Positions 1-9,503 of a stretch of DNA of 64,000 nucleotides are shown here, one piece after another (the first letter of the stretch is position 1; every line of letters begins with the position of its first letter). Both the position numbers and the translations under genes were made by a program. Origin of the DNA: an uncultured Actinomycetes bacterium. Its GTDB lineage: Bacteria > Actinomycetota > Thermoleophilia > Gaiellales > Gaiellaceae. Location: assembly GCA_963842575.1 (NCBI GenBank), contig CAWJGS010000010.1, positions 422,871-486,870 of the forward strand, written 5' to 3'. The notes beneath the pieces were generated by a model. That model did not search any database and was not told the DNA's origin. It saw only the letters and a list, made by a program, of their open reading frames with translations.

Positions 1-1623
1 GACCAGGAGCGTCTGCTGCTGCGACGAAGAGGACGTGAACGTCGCAGTGACCGAGCGATCGGCGAGCATCGTCAGCACGCAGGTCGCCGTGCCTGCACAG
101 ACCCCCGACCATCCCTCGAACGTGGAGCCCGGAGACGGCGATGCGGACAGGATGACGACCGTCCCGTCGCCGTACTGCGTGGAGCAGGTCGTGCCGCAGT
201 CGATCCCGACAGGATTGCTCACGACGATTCCCTCACCGTCCCCCGCTTTCGTCACCGTCAGCGTCCTCGGCGGGGTGATGAACGTCGCCGTGACCGACTT
301 GTCGGCATCCATTGTCAGCACGCAGGCTGCGGTTCCGGAGCAGTCTTCCGACCAGCCGGTGAACACCTCCCCGGCCGCGGGCGAGGCCGTCAGCGTGACC
401 TGCGTGGAGTCGTCGAACGTCGCCGAGCAGGTCGACGTGCAAACGCTGCCGCCCGGCTGGATCGTCACAGAGCCGGTGCCGCCGCCGGTGAGGACGACGG
501 TCAAGGTCCGCAGCCGGACGAAGGTCGCCGTCACGGACCGTTCCGAATTCATCGTGAGCGCGCACGAGCCCGGGCCGGTGCCGGAGCAGGCGGGGTCGCC
601 CGACCAGCCGACGAACCGGCTGCCCGGAGACGGCAATGCGGACAGGGTGACGACCGTCCCCTGGTCGAAACCGGCCGAGCACGTCGTGCCGCAATCGATT
701 CCCGCCGGATTGCTCGTGACGGTGCCCGCGCCGCTTCCCGCTTTCATGACGCTCAGGACCGGAACCAGCGTGAACGTCGCCGTGAGAAAGTGGTTCTGAT
801 CCATCGTCAGCGTGCAGGGGCCGGTACCGGAGCAGGCGGGGTCGCCCGACCAGCCGACGAACCGGCTGCCCGGAGACGGCAGTGCGGACAGGGTGACGAC
901 CGTCCCCTGGTCGAAACCGGCCGAGCACGTCGTGCCGCAATCGATTCCCGCCGGATTGCTCGTGACGGTGCCCGCGCCGCTTCCCGCTTTCATGACGCTC
1001 AGGACCGGAACCAGCGTGAACGTCGCCGTGAGAAAGTGGTTCTGATCCATCGTCAGCGTGCAGGGGCCGGTACCGGAGCAGGCGGGGTCGCCCGACCAGC
1101 CCACGAACCGGCTGCCCGGGTCGGGCGTGGCCGTCAGCGTGACCTGGCTGCCGGCGTCGAACGCCGCGTTGCACGTCGTGCCGCAGTCGATTCCGGGTTG
1201 GACATCACTCATGACGCTCCCGCTACCGCCGCCCGCCGGGGTAACCGTCACCGCACGCTGTCGGACGAACGTGGCGGTGACCGCATGGTCTGACGTCATC
1301 GACACCGTGCATGGGTCGCTCGTGCAGTCGCCCGACCATCCGGCGAAGCGGCTGCCCGGGTCGGGCGTGGCGGTCAGAGTCAGCGTTACGGGGTTGACGT
1401 CGTCGAACATCGCGGAGCAGGTCGCGCCGCAGTCGATTCCGGGCTGGACGTCACTGGTGACGGTACCGGCCCCGCTGCCGTCCTTGGAGACGCTTAGCGT
1501 CCAGGTCGTGGTGGGTGCGAGCGACCCGCCTCTCCCCGGGGCGGCACTCACCAGCGTGGCCACGATCAGGGCCCCGAGGGCGACGCCAAACGTAAGCACG
1601 ACGAGGCGCGGACGCCTCCTCAT
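1..1623 (-). CDS. Secreted repeat protein made of tandem divergent InlB B-repeat (Flg_new-type) modules. The 5' end is complete and the 3' end runs off the left edge. It is absent from the supplied ORF track.
   Basis: Translated by hand from ATG at 1623-1621: MRRRPRLVVLTFGVALGALIVATLVSA (signal peptide). At least 6 modules of about 80 aa follow, of the form GSGxVTSxPxGIDCGxxCSAxFDxGxxVTLTAxPxPGSxFxGWSGD..CxGxxxCxLTMxxxxxVTATF. I scanned plus-strand codons from base 1 to 600 and found no in-phase TTA/CTA/TCA. My hand translation of the rest to 1623 met no stop. Confidence 0.8.
   Translation of the reverse strand, partial: MRRRPRLVVLTFGVALGALIVATLVSAAPGRGGSLAPTTTWTLSVSKDGSGAGTVTSDVQPGIDCGATCSAMFDDVNPVTLTLTATPDPGSRFAGWSGDCTSDPCTVSMTSDHAVTATFVRQRAVTVTPAGGGSGSVMSDVQPGIDCGTTCNAAFDAGSQVTLTATPDPGSRFVGWSGDPACSGTGPCTLTMDQNHFLTATFTLVPVLSVMKAGSGAGTVTSNPAGIDCGTTCSAGFDQGTVVTLSALPSPGSRFVGWSGDPACSGTGPCTLTMDQNHFLTATFTLVPVLSVMKAGSGAGTVTSNPAGIDCGTTCSAGFDQGTVVTLSALPSPGSRFVGWSGDPACSGTGPGSCALTMNSERSVTATFVRLRTLTVVLTGGGTGSVTIQPGGSVCTSTCSATFDDSTQVTLTASPAAGEVFTGWSEDCSGTAACVLTMDADKSVTATFITPPRTLTVTKAGDGEGIVVSNPVGIDCGTTCSTQYGDGTVVILSASPSPGSTFEGWSGVCAGTATCVLTMLADRSVTATFTSSSSQQQTLLV
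572..1120. repeat. Tandem direct repeat with a 246-bp unit and about 2.2 copies, inside the B-repeat gene
   Basis: Bases 583-828 and 829-1074 differ at a single position (caatgcg vs cagtgcg). A third partial copy runs to about 1120. One unit equals exactly one 82-aa protein module. Confidence 0.9.
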
Positions 1624-1818
1624 ATGTGGACCCCACATGCCCGGACTTTGTACACCATCTCCCCGCACGATTGAGAGGAGAGCAACAGAGGCGCGGACAT
1701 CAATCTCCCTGGCGCGCTCCTCTTGAAGCCGCGGAGTGTACGCGCCGTGCTTGAACGCGCAGACGTTCCCCGTCGGCGCAGGCACAAGGGAGACCGCCCT
1801 CAGCAGGGCTTCTCCTGA

Positions 1819-1891
<73 letters not shown>

Positions 1892-1942
1892 ACGATCTGG
1901 TGCGAACCGTACAACCATGCGCGTCCGACCGCGGTAGCGCGA

Positions 1943-2305
1943 TCAGCCCTCGCCGCCCCTCTGGGCCGCTCTTGGCCCAAACGTGCTCGAGTGCGTCCAG
2001 ACGGGCACGGCGATTCTCTCGCCGGCGCCGCCGATCAGGGCGCCGTAGTTGCGCTTGATCATGGCGACCGAGGTGCCCATGATCCGGGCCAGCTCGAAGG
2101 GCGCCACGCCCGAGGCGAGCGCGTTCGAGCCGAACGTCGAGCGCAGATCGTAGATTCGAGCCGGTCGCGTCACGCCGCGACGTCGGGCAGCCAGTCGCGG
2201 TACGAGAAGTTGTGCAGCCAGGTTCAGCAGTCCGCCCTTCGCGCCCGGAAACAACAGCGGCGAGTTCCCAGACCACACCGGGACCACACGTCCCAAACGT
2301 AGCAC
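1943..2305 (-). pseudogene. Tyrosine recombinase (phage-type integrase) C-terminal remnant
   Basis: Only about 120 aa remain. The box II region is YDLRSTFGSNALASGVAPFELARIMGTSVAMIKRNYG, carrying the conserved R and the catalytic Y. The N-terminal 200+ aa are missing, because the next gene's stop lies 28 bp upstream. The remnant ends 52 bp from the tRNA 5' end. Confidence 0.7.
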
Positions 2306-2333
2306 CGTCGTTACCTGCAGCGCGCTGGTGCGA

Positions 2334-2789
2334 CTACTCGCCGGCCTCTGCGGTGATCATCACGCCCCCCAGGCGGGCGATCGCCTCGACGTGCAGGTTC
2401 GGGGCGTCGTCGGGGAGGTCGTCCGGCTGTGCCACCTTCGTCTCGACGCCGCCCTTCGTCGCGTCCGCCTCGACGGCGACTCGCCACTCGTTCGGCACGC
2501 GCACCTGCACGCCGCCTAGGTACGCCTCCACGAGGAGCTCGGCGCCCGCGGGATCGAGCTTTGCCCCTCGAAGGTCGAGGTCGACACCGCCACAGGCGGC
2601 GACCACCCGGCCACGGCGCAGAGCGGTCGCGGTGCTTGCGCGCTCGACGCCTCCGATCACGGCCGCGAGCGAGAACTCGTCGGACTCGGCATCGCCCTCG
2701 GTCAGTCGCCGCGACAGGATTGCCCGGGCGACCCAGAGAGCCGAGCCGGCCAGTACCCCCGTGGCTAGGAGCGCCTTCTTGATCGTCAT
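2334..2789 (-). CDS. Membrane-anchored protein with a LiaF-C-like (DUF2154-type) beta domain
   Basis: N-terminal TM segment MTIKKALLATGVLAGSALWVA, followed by GGVDLDLRGAKLDPAGAELLVEAYLGGVQVRVPNEWRVAV. This pattern is typical of cell-wall-stress LiaF-like C-terminal domains. Assigned by motif only. Confidence 0.5.
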   Translation of the reverse strand: MTIKKALLATGVLAGSALWVARAILSRRLTEGDAESDEFSLAAVIGGVERASTATALRRGRVVAACGGVDLDLRGAKLDPAGAELLVEAYLGGVQVRVPNEWRVAVEADATKGGVETKVAQPDDLPDDAPNLHVEAIARLGGVMITAEAGE

Positions 2790-3008
2790 GCCTGGGCACC
2801 AAGGCTACGCGGTGCGGCGCTGTTGCTGCTGCGTCGTCGCGGAAATCGGTACGTGGACCGAAGGAGAGACGAGTTGTGGGGTAACTACGACGGTGCTACC
2901 GAGTAGGCGGACTACCGATGGTGGTTCTCGTCGAGAGTAGAGGACGCCGTTAGACAGCACACGCGCCGGTGCGACCCTTGAGCCTTCAGCTACTAGGAGG
3001 GAAGCGTC

Positions 3009-3623
3009 ATGGAGGTTCGCATCACCAAAGTGCGCGTGGCTATGGCCGCGCTCTTCGTGCTGGCCGGAGTCGGAGTTGCCAGCCTGCTCAGCCCGCTGGT
3101 CGGTAGCGCCCTGGCGACCGTCGGCCAGGTCGTGAACATCTCCGACCACTCGGGCTCTGCCTTCTTCGCCAAGGTCGATTCAACCGGGAAACTGGCTGTC
3201 GGAGACGGCGCAGGGCCGCTTAGCGTGGACGGCACGGTGGCGGCTCGCTCGGCCGCCCCCGCGTCTCCGTGGCGGGCGAGCGAGTCCATCGGCGACGGCG
3301 GCAACTTCATCGCCGGGCCGAGCGCCACGCCGATCAACCTCACCAGTCTGTCCATCTCGACCGACGCAGCGAGCGGAAACGGCGTCGGCGTCATCGTCTA
3401 CGGCGCCCAGGTGCCGAGCAGCGCCATGGTTTGCCCCGGCGCGTCTTCGTTCGTCCTGCTCTGGGAGATCCGCGATCTGGGCGACGGCGCCACCCCGCTC
3501 TCGTTCACCTTCCCGACGCCCTTGCAGTGGAAGCCACCCGCAAACACGAAAGCGTGCCTGTTCGCGGCTGCCGGCACGTCCGTCCTCACGAAGATGAACG
3601 CGGTGGGCTTCTACGGCGGCTAG
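3009..3623 (+). CDS. Secreted hypothetical protein
   Basis: AGGAGGG lies 7 nt upstream of the ATG. The signal/anchor segment is VAMAALFVLAGVGVASLL. Composition is Ser/Gly/Ala-rich and non-biased. I recognise no family. Confidence 0.6.
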   Translation: MEVRITKVRVAMAALFVLAGVGVASLLSPLVGSALATVGQVVNISDHSGSAFFAKVDSTGKLAVGDGAGPLSVDGTVAARSAAPASPWRASESIGDGGNFIAGPSATPINLTSLSISTDAASGNGVGVIVYGAQVPSSAMVCPGASSFVLLWEIRDLGDGATPLSFTFPTPLQWKPPANTKACLFAAAGTSVLTKMNAVGFYGG

Positions 3624-3793
3624 GAACGAAGACGTGCATGAAGCAGGCGTGCCCCGGAAAGGGAATCGTTCACGATCTTCCTGACCGGAACGCTCCGGGA
3701 TCAGGGCTGAAGGTGGCGTACTTCGTGCTGAACTAGCTGTCGTTCCTGAGGACGTTGGTTCATCCGGGCCTCCCTGGAGGCGCGTGTTGAGGC

Positions 3794-4291
3794 ATGGTTC
3801 AACCTCGGACGGCCGGTATCGCTACTACCATCCCGTTCGTGAAGGTGTTCCAGCTCGAGCGCAGTCTGCGAACCGCCGGCGGCCTCACCGTCACCGACAT
3901 CACGGACGACGTCCAGGAGGCCGTCCGCGCCAGCGGCATCGACGACGGCATCGCCTGCGTCTATTCCCCGCACACGACGTGCTGCGTGCGCGTGAACGAG
4001 TTCGAGCAAGGGTTCCTCGACGACTTCGCCGGCCTGCTGCGCCGGCTCGTCCCGAGCGAGTCCTACTACGCGCACGACGACTGGGACCGCCGCACCGAAA
4101 ACATTTGCCCCGAGGACATGGAGATCGGCAACGGCCACGCGCACTGCATGGCGATGCTGCTCGGGACGGCCGGCGAGTCCGTCCCCGTGCAGAACGGCGA
4201 GCTCCAGCTCGGCACCTGGCAGCGCGTCCTCTTCATCGAGCTCGACCGCGAGCGGGACCGCCGCTGGCAGGTCCAGGTCGTCGGGACGTAG
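3794..4291 (+). CDS. YjbQ/UPF0047 family protein (secondary thiamine-phosphate synthase-like)
   Basis: Family hallmarks: TVTDITDDVQEAV..GIACVYSPHTTCCVRVNE..., NGHAHCMAMLLG and LGTWQRVLFIELD. The true start may be the GTG near 3839. Confidence 0.8.
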   Translation: MVQPRTAGIATTIPFVKVFQLERSLRTAGGLTVTDITDDVQEAVRASGIDDGIACVYSPHTTCCVRVNEFEQGFLDDFAGLLRRLVPSESYYAHDDWDRRTENICPEDMEIGNGHAHCMAMLLGTAGESVPVQNGELQLGTWQRVLFIELDRERDRRWQVQVVGT

Positions 4292-4301
4292 ACAGAACGA
4301 C

Positions 4302-4628
4302 TTGCGCACGCTCTCGCTCATCGCAGCATCCCTCGGCGCGGCCGCGCTTCTCGCGGGCTGCGGCGGGGGCGGGGGCGGGTCGACCAACGCGACGACGACG
4401 ACCCAGGCGTTCGACGAGGCCTCGGACGTGACGTACGAGCGGTCGTACACCGACTGCGGATCGGTCAAGCTCGTGGACCTCGCGCATCGCTACAAGGTGA
4501 AGCCGGAGAGGGACAAGGTCGCGCTCGCCGTCGCGACGTACTGGGCCAAACAAGCCCAAGGTGGCGAGAGCGCGATCGAGGCCGGCAAGGAAGGCTGCTA
4601 CGACGGCTACAAAGCAGCCGGGCACTGA
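4302..4628 (+). CDS. Lipoprotein, function unknown
   Basis: Signal peptide with lipobox: MRTLSLIAASLGAAALLAGC, followed by a Gly-rich linker. Confidence 0.7.
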   Translation: MRTLSLIAASLGAAALLAGCGGGGGGSTNATTTTQAFDEASDVTYERSYTDCGSVKLVDLAHRYKVKPERDKVALAVATYWAKQAQGGESAIEAGKEGCYDGYKAAGH

Positions 4629-4926
4629 CCGCCGCACGGTTCTCGTAGACGCAGAGAACGTCCGCCGCTCGGTCTGGCCGAACATCTCGGGGGACGAGCT
4701 CGTCTCGCTCGCCGAGCTCTGGGCGAAGGAGAACGACGTCGACGTCGAGGTCGTCTTCGAGCCGAAGGGCGAGACGGCGGACGAGTGGCTGATCCGCGAG
4801 GCCTCGCGCTTCAAGCCTTACTGGCTCGTTACCTCGGACCGCGAGCTGCGGGACCTGGCCGGGCCGGGAGCGGAGCGTGTGATCGGCGGCGGGAGCTTCG
4901 CCCGCGAGTTGCTCAAACGACGGTGA
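4561..4926 (+). CDS. NYN/YacP-like predicted RNA-binding or nuclease domain protein; start uncertain
   Basis: The segment VLVDAENV...VEVVFEPKGETADEWLI...WLVTSDRELRD matches the YacP-type NYN pattern. The listed ATG overlaps the lipoprotein gene by 68 nt, and I see no ATG or GTG in the codons I checked just downstream. Confidence 0.55.
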   Translation: MARARSRPARKAATTATKQPGTDRRTVLVDAENVRRSVWPNISGDELVSLAELWAKENDVDVEVVFEPKGETADEWLIREASRFKPYWLVTSDRELRDLAGPGAERVIGGGSFARELLKRR

Positions 4927-6007
4927 CCGGGACGCGCTGGACGGCGTTGTTCGCGTAGCCGCCCAGGTTCCACAGCGGCTCGCCGGGCTGCTCGTTCCCC
5001 CCGGAGTCGCGCGCGCGGCAGCACAGCTCGTACGAGCCCGGAGCCGGCTCCCAGCGGTACGTCCACCCTCGCCAGGCCCAGCGGCCGGCAGGCTCGCCCA
5101 GCTCAGCCTGCGCCCACGTCGAGCCGCCGTCGTCGCTCACGTCTACCGAGACGATCTCGCCCTGGCCCGACCAGGCGCGCCCTTCGATGACACACGGCCC
5201 CTCCACGAACCGCTCGAACGAGAGGAACTCCGGCCGGCCGGGCGGCACCATCAGCGACCGGGGCAGCATCCGGTTGAGGGGATCCCCTTCCTCGTCCTCG
5301 TGCTGCCGCAGCCGGTACCCCTGCGTCTGCTGGTAGCCGGCGAACGGTTCGTCCAAGACGTCGATCCGCGTCAGCCACTTGACGCTCGTCATCCCGTACC
5401 AGCCGGGGACGATCAGTCGAAGCGGGAAGCCGTGCTGCACCGGCAGCGGAACGCCGTTCATCTCGTAGGCCAGAAGCGCGTCGCTCGCGAGGACGTCGTC
5501 GATCGAGAGCGACCGCTGGAAGTGTTGGTCGATGCCGCCCTCCCGGCCCTCGTCGGCCCCGGTGAACAAGACTTCGACAGCCCCCTCCGCCGGCCCGGCC
5601 TCCTCCAGCAGTGGGCCGAGCGGAGTGCCGCGCCAGCGCGCCGTCCCCACCGCCTCGAGTAGCCAGGGCTGGCTGACGGGGCGCGGATCGAGCCGCGCGC
5701 GTCCGTTCCCGGCGCATTCCATCGTCACCGCGAGCTCTTCCGCGGGGCGCGCCTTCAGCGCCTCGAGGGTGAGCGTCTGGGGACGTTCGACGAGGCCTCC
5801 AAGCTCCAGCGTCCAACCGGCGGAATCGACCGCGGGAATGTCGTAATGAGTAAGGAGGTAGTGGAGCCCGACGGGCGTTATCGAATAGCGCAGCGCTTCC
5901 AGAGGCATACCATGGTTGCGTGCCGCCAGTTGCAGTTCTTCGAGACTTATGCCCAAATTCGGACTATCCAATGCGAGCTCCCGACGTCGGACCCCAGACA
6001 TGCGCAT
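4913..6007 (-). CDS. Sulfite-oxidase-family molybdopterin oxidoreductase
   Basis: The Mo-cofactor cysteine motif TMECAGNGRA is followed by a dimerisation-domain-like C-terminus. The start may be a later Met (MPLEAL, near 5908), because the 6007 start overlaps the divergent sulfatase start. Confidence 0.8.
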   Translation of the reverse strand: MRMSGVRRRELALDSPNLGISLEELQLAARNHGMPLEALRYSITPVGLHYLLTHYDIPAVDSAGWTLELGGLVERPQTLTLEALKARPAEELAVTMECAGNGRARLDPRPVSQPWLLEAVGTARWRGTPLGPLLEEAGPAEGAVEVLFTGADEGREGGIDQHFQRSLSIDDVLASDALLAYEMNGVPLPVQHGFPLRLIVPGWYGMTSVKWLTRIDVLDEPFAGYQQTQGYRLRQHEDEEGDPLNRMLPRSLMVPPGRPEFLSFERFVEGPCVIEGRAWSGQGEIVSVDVSDDGGSTWAQAELGEPAGRWAWRGWTYRWEPAPGSYELCCRARDSGGNEQPGEPLWNLGGYANNAVQRVPVTVV

Positions 6008-7469
6008 TCTGGCTGTAATTGCCCTGACCGCGTCGCTTGCGGTCGCCGCCGGGTTGACCGCTCAGGGGAAATCCGCTCCCGGGGCGCGCCGCCCGAACAT
6101 CATCCTCGTCCTGGCCGACGACCTCTCGTGGAACCTGGTCCAGTACATGCCCAACGTCCGCACTATGCAGGCGCAGGGTGTGACGTTCTCGCGTTTCTTC
6201 GTCTCGGACTCGCTCTGCTGCCCCTCACGCGCGACGATCTTCACCGGCAAGTACCCGCATAACACCGGAGTCTTCACCAACGGGGGGCGTGACGGTGGCT
6301 TCCTCGCGTTCCACAACTACGGCCTGGAGCGCCAGACCTTCGCGACGCGGCTTCGCTCCGTCGGCTACACGACGGCGCTCATGGGCAAGTACCTGAACGG
6401 CTACACCCCCACCCTCTCCGTGGACGGGGAGAATCTGTACATCCCGCCGGGCTGGGACGAGTGGGACGTCGGCGGAAAGGGATACGCCAACTACGACTAC
6501 GGCCTCAACGAGAACGGGCGCTACCGCTACTACGGTACGAACGCGGAGGACTACCTCACCGACGTCATCGCGGCGAAAGGAGTCGCTTTCGTCAATCGCG
6601 CGACGACCCGGCAGAAGCCGTTCTTCCTCGAGATCGCCCCGTTCGCGCCGCACAGCCCGTACACGTCCGCACCGCGACACGAGACGTGGTTCCCCGAGGT
6701 GAAGGCGCCTCGAACGCCCGCCTTCAACGAGGTGGACATGAGGGACAAGCCGAGCTGGCTGAAGAAGCGCAAGCTACTGCGCGAGCTGCCGGTCTCCACG
6801 ATCGACGAGGACTTCCGCTTGCGCGTGCAGGCCGTGCAGGCGATCGACGAGTTGATCGGAAGCCTCAGGCAGACGCTCGCCGCCCGGGGGCAGCTTGCGA
6901 ACACGTACATCCTCTTCACGTCCGACAACGGGCTGCACATGGGCGAGCACCGGCTCGCCCCCGGCAAGCAGACCGCGTTCGAGACCGACATCCACGTCCC
7001 GCTCGTCGTCACCGGGCCGAACGTGCCGCATGGCTGGCGGCTCCCGCAAATCACGTCGACGATCGACCTCTACCCGACCTTCGCGCAACTCGCGGGAGCG
7101 AGCGTCCCCGGCGCGATCGACGGTCGCAGCCTGAAGCCGCTCCTCGCCGGACAGACGGTCAGCCCCTGGCGCCAGGCGGTGCTCGTCGAGCACCACGGGC
7201 CCGACGTGACGCGCGACGATCCCGACTTTCCGGGGCCGTTCGGAGGGAATCCTCCCTCCTACAAGGCACTCCGTACGGGTACCGGTACCTATGTCGAATA
7301 CTCGAACGGCGAGACCGAGTACTACAACCTGCGCAAGGACCCGTACGAGCTCACCAATACGGCCAAGAGCCTGTCACTACCCGCCCGCGGCAACCTGCAT
7401 GCAAAGCTCATGGCGCTGGCGGAGTGCAGCGGCGTCGTCAGCTGCTGGACGGCCGCCGAAGCGCGCTAG
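6000..7469 (+). CDS. Secreted type I sulfatase (formylglycine-dependent)
   Basis: ATG at 6000 gives the signal peptide MRILAVIALTASLAVAAGLTAQG. The CxPxR formylglycine motif is present (SLCCPSRATIFTGKYPHNTG), as is FTSDNGLHMGEH. Confidence 0.85.
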   Translation: MRILAVIALTASLAVAAGLTAQGKSAPGARRPNIILVLADDLSWNLVQYMPNVRTMQAQGVTFSRFFVSDSLCCPSRATIFTGKYPHNTGVFTNGGRDGGFLAFHNYGLERQTFATRLRSVGYTTALMGKYLNGYTPTLSVDGENLYIPPGWDEWDVGGKGYANYDYGLNENGRYRYYGTNAEDYLTDVIAAKGVAFVNRATTRQKPFFLEIAPFAPHSPYTSAPRHETWFPEVKAPRTPAFNEVDMRDKPSWLKKRKLLRELPVSTIDEDFRLRVQAVQAIDELIGSLRQTLAARGQLANTYILFTSDNGLHMGEHRLAPGKQTAFETDIHVPLVVTGPNVPHGWRLPQITSTIDLYPTFAQLAGASVPGAIDGRSLKPLLAGQTVSPWRQAVLVEHHGPDVTRDDPDFPGPFGGNPPSYKALRTGTGTYVEYSNGETEYYNLRKDPYELTNTAKSLSLPARGNLHAKLMALAECSGVVSCWTAAEAR

Positions 7470-7478
7470 CCTCCATCC

Positions 7479-8103
7479 GTGGAGATCTCGAGCGCGCGAC
7501 TGTGCGCGCCGTCCGAGTTGCTTGCGGCGCTGGACGAGTTCTACGCCCCGTTCGGAACGACCGGGCTCGAGTTCGTGGCCGGCGCGGGCGGGCCGTTCTA
7601 CCACTTCGCCTTCCTCGTCCCGGGGGACCGCTTCGATGCGGCGTTCGACTGGGCGCAGGCGCGCTATGACCTATTTCCGCGCCAGGACGGCGAGCTCGTG
7701 TTCGACTTCTCCTTCTGGAACGCGCTCGCCTGCTACTTCGAAGACCCCGCCGGCAGCATCGTCGAGTTGATCGCGCATCGCGGCCTGGAGGAGAACGGCC
7801 GCTCCGGCCCGTTCAGCGGAGATGAGCTGCTCGGCCTCTCCGAGGTCGGGCTGGTCGGGGACGTGCCCGCGATGGCACGCGCTCTCGAGGAGCTGGATCT
7901 GCGCGTGTGGTCGGGCTCGGCCGACGATCCCGAGGGCCTGGCCTTCGTTGGAGAGAAGGCCAGAACTCTGATCCTGTGCCCGGTGGGGCGAGGCTGGCTG
8001 CCGATCGACCGCCGGGCCGAGCCCCATCCGGTGGACGTCACACTCTCGGGCAGCGCCCGAGGGAACCGTCGCCGTCAACGGCCACCGCGTCACGCGCCGA
8101 TGA
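7479..8103 (+). pseudogene. VOC/glyoxalase-family protein with one extra base near its 3' end, so the track reads it fused to the next gene
   Basis: FYHFAFLVPGD...IVELIAHRG is VOC-like. After the CCC run at 8056-8058, the +1 frame reads PEGTVAVNGHRVTRR and stops at TGA 8101-8103. That stop overlaps the downstream ATG (ATGA). Confidence 0.6.
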
Positions 8104-8513
8104 GACGGATCGGCTCGATTCTCCTCGCGGTCGGCGTCGTCACGCTCGCGGTCGTGTACGGCCTCCTCGGGATCGTCCTCGGGGCGCTGAGGTGCGACGA
8201 GTCGTGCGAGGACCCTCCAGAGGTGTGGCGGGACGACCCGAGCGCGTGGCAGTGGGATGCCCTCGCCGCTTTCGGGCTTGCAGCGGTGGCGGCGTCCATC
8301 GTCTTCCTCGTCGCCGTCGCTCTGGGGCGGCGCTACCTGGGCTGGATCGCGCTCGTCGCAACCAGCCTCGCCGTCATCGGATTCGTCGCGATCGAGAGCG
8401 CCTCGGGCTTGGGGATTCTCGGGCTCGTGGCCGTGGCGCTGATCGGAGGCGGCGCGATCGCGTTGCTACCCGGGCGCGAACCGGCCGATCAGCGCGGCTT
8501 GACGTCGCGGTAG
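8100..8513 (+). CDS. Four-TM membrane protein, function unknown
   Basis: MRRIGSILLAVGVVTLAVVYGLLGIVLGAL plus three further hydrophobic spans. There is an ATGA overlap with the restored VOC stop codon. Confidence 0.5.
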   Translation: MRRIGSILLAVGVVTLAVVYGLLGIVLGALRCDESCEDPPEVWRDDPSAWQWDALAAFGLAAVAASIVFLVAVALGRRYLGWIALVATSLAVIGFVAIESASGLGILGLVAVALIGGGAIALLPGREPADQRGLTSR

Positions 8514-9343
8514 CGCGCTTCGACCAGACAGAACAGACCGTATGCCACCAGCCCGGCCGCAGTCAGGCCGAGCAGCCACGGCCCGTAACTCTGATGGATG
8601 AGCTTCTGGAGAGCACCGTCGAGTCCGATTGCTTCCTTCGGGTCGTACTCGACTGCCGCCTTGACCAGGAACGCTCCGATCAGGCCGAGGACCACCATCC
8701 GCGCGAGGAGCCCGACGACACCGACGCGTGTCCCCCACTTCAGCGCCGCGCTGCTCATCTCGCCCGTGTTCCACTTGTCCTTGAACTTGCGGGCGACCCC
8801 GCGATAGCCGTTGTAGAGCCCCGCTCCCGCGATGCACGCCCCTGCGATCGCCACCAGCCACGTCCCCGCCGGCCAGGAGAGAAGCTCCGCGGCTGCCTTG
8901 TGCGCCTTGGCGTTCTGTGACTGGTTGGCACCGGCGTCGATGAGGAGCTCGACCGTCCCGTATGTCAAGCCGGCGTAGATGAGCCCGCGACCGATCCAGC
9001 CCGCCCACTTGGCGTACTTCTTCACACCGTCGTCGTCGCCGTCCTCCAGGAACGGCTCCGAGAATCGCCAGAGCGCGTAGGCGGCGAATCCCAGAGCGAG
9101 GAGAACCAGGAGGATCTTGCCGCCCGTTTCGTCGGAGATGGTCGCGAGCGCACCCTCCCGGCTCGTGGCCTTGCCGCCCTCGCCGGCGGCGAGCGCCACC
9201 GCGAGGCCTCCGACGATGCCGAAGGACACACCCTTGGCGAGAAGCCCGACTCGCGCGAGAGCGGGCACCCACTCTCGCTTCGCCTCGGCCTCGACTTGGC
9301 CGGCGCGGTAGCGGAGCTTGCCGGCGGTAAGGGACTTGTCCAT
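8489..9343 (-). CDS. DUF1206-type membrane protein
   Basis: Internal ATG at 9343 (MDKSLTAGKLRY...). It shows the repeated GxxxxxxGxxY/W hydrophobic pairs typical of DUF1206. The 5' 111 codons of the track ORF are Arg/Ser-rich and rejected. Confidence 0.7.
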   Translation of the reverse strand: MDKSLTAGKLRYRAGQVEAEAKREWVPALARVGLLAKGVSFGIVGGLAVALAAGEGGKATSREGALATISDETGGKILLVLLALGFAAYALWRFSEPFLEDGDDDGVKKYAKWAGWIGRGLIYAGLTYGTVELLIDAGANQSQNAKAHKAAAELLSWPAGTWLVAIAGACIAGAGLYNGYRGVARKFKDKWNTGEMSSAALKWGTRVGVVGLLARMVVLGLIGAFLVKAAVEYDPKEAIGLDGALQKLIHQSYGPWLLGLTAAGLVAYGLFCLVEARYRDVKPR

Positions 9344-9503
9344 GGGGAACTGCGTTCCCCTCGGGGACGTCTCTAATCGGCGCCGGGCCTGATCGCGAAG
9401 TTGCGCGTCCGTCCTGCGAGCAAAAAACCGCAAACTGCGAGATACTCGCCCGAACCTGGTCAAGACTCCCCGGCTGCGGCCGGTCGACGCGAAAGGGGAC
9501 GGG

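Noticed and set aside
35-1726. Plus-strand ORFs 35..799, 812..1045 and 1058..1726, and the Arg-rich minus ORF 233..1174
   Set aside because: All are alternative frames of the real minus-strand B-repeat gene (1..1623). They are Pro/Arg/Val-rich with no signal peptide or domain logic, and their apparent repeats simply mirror the 246-bp DNA repeat.
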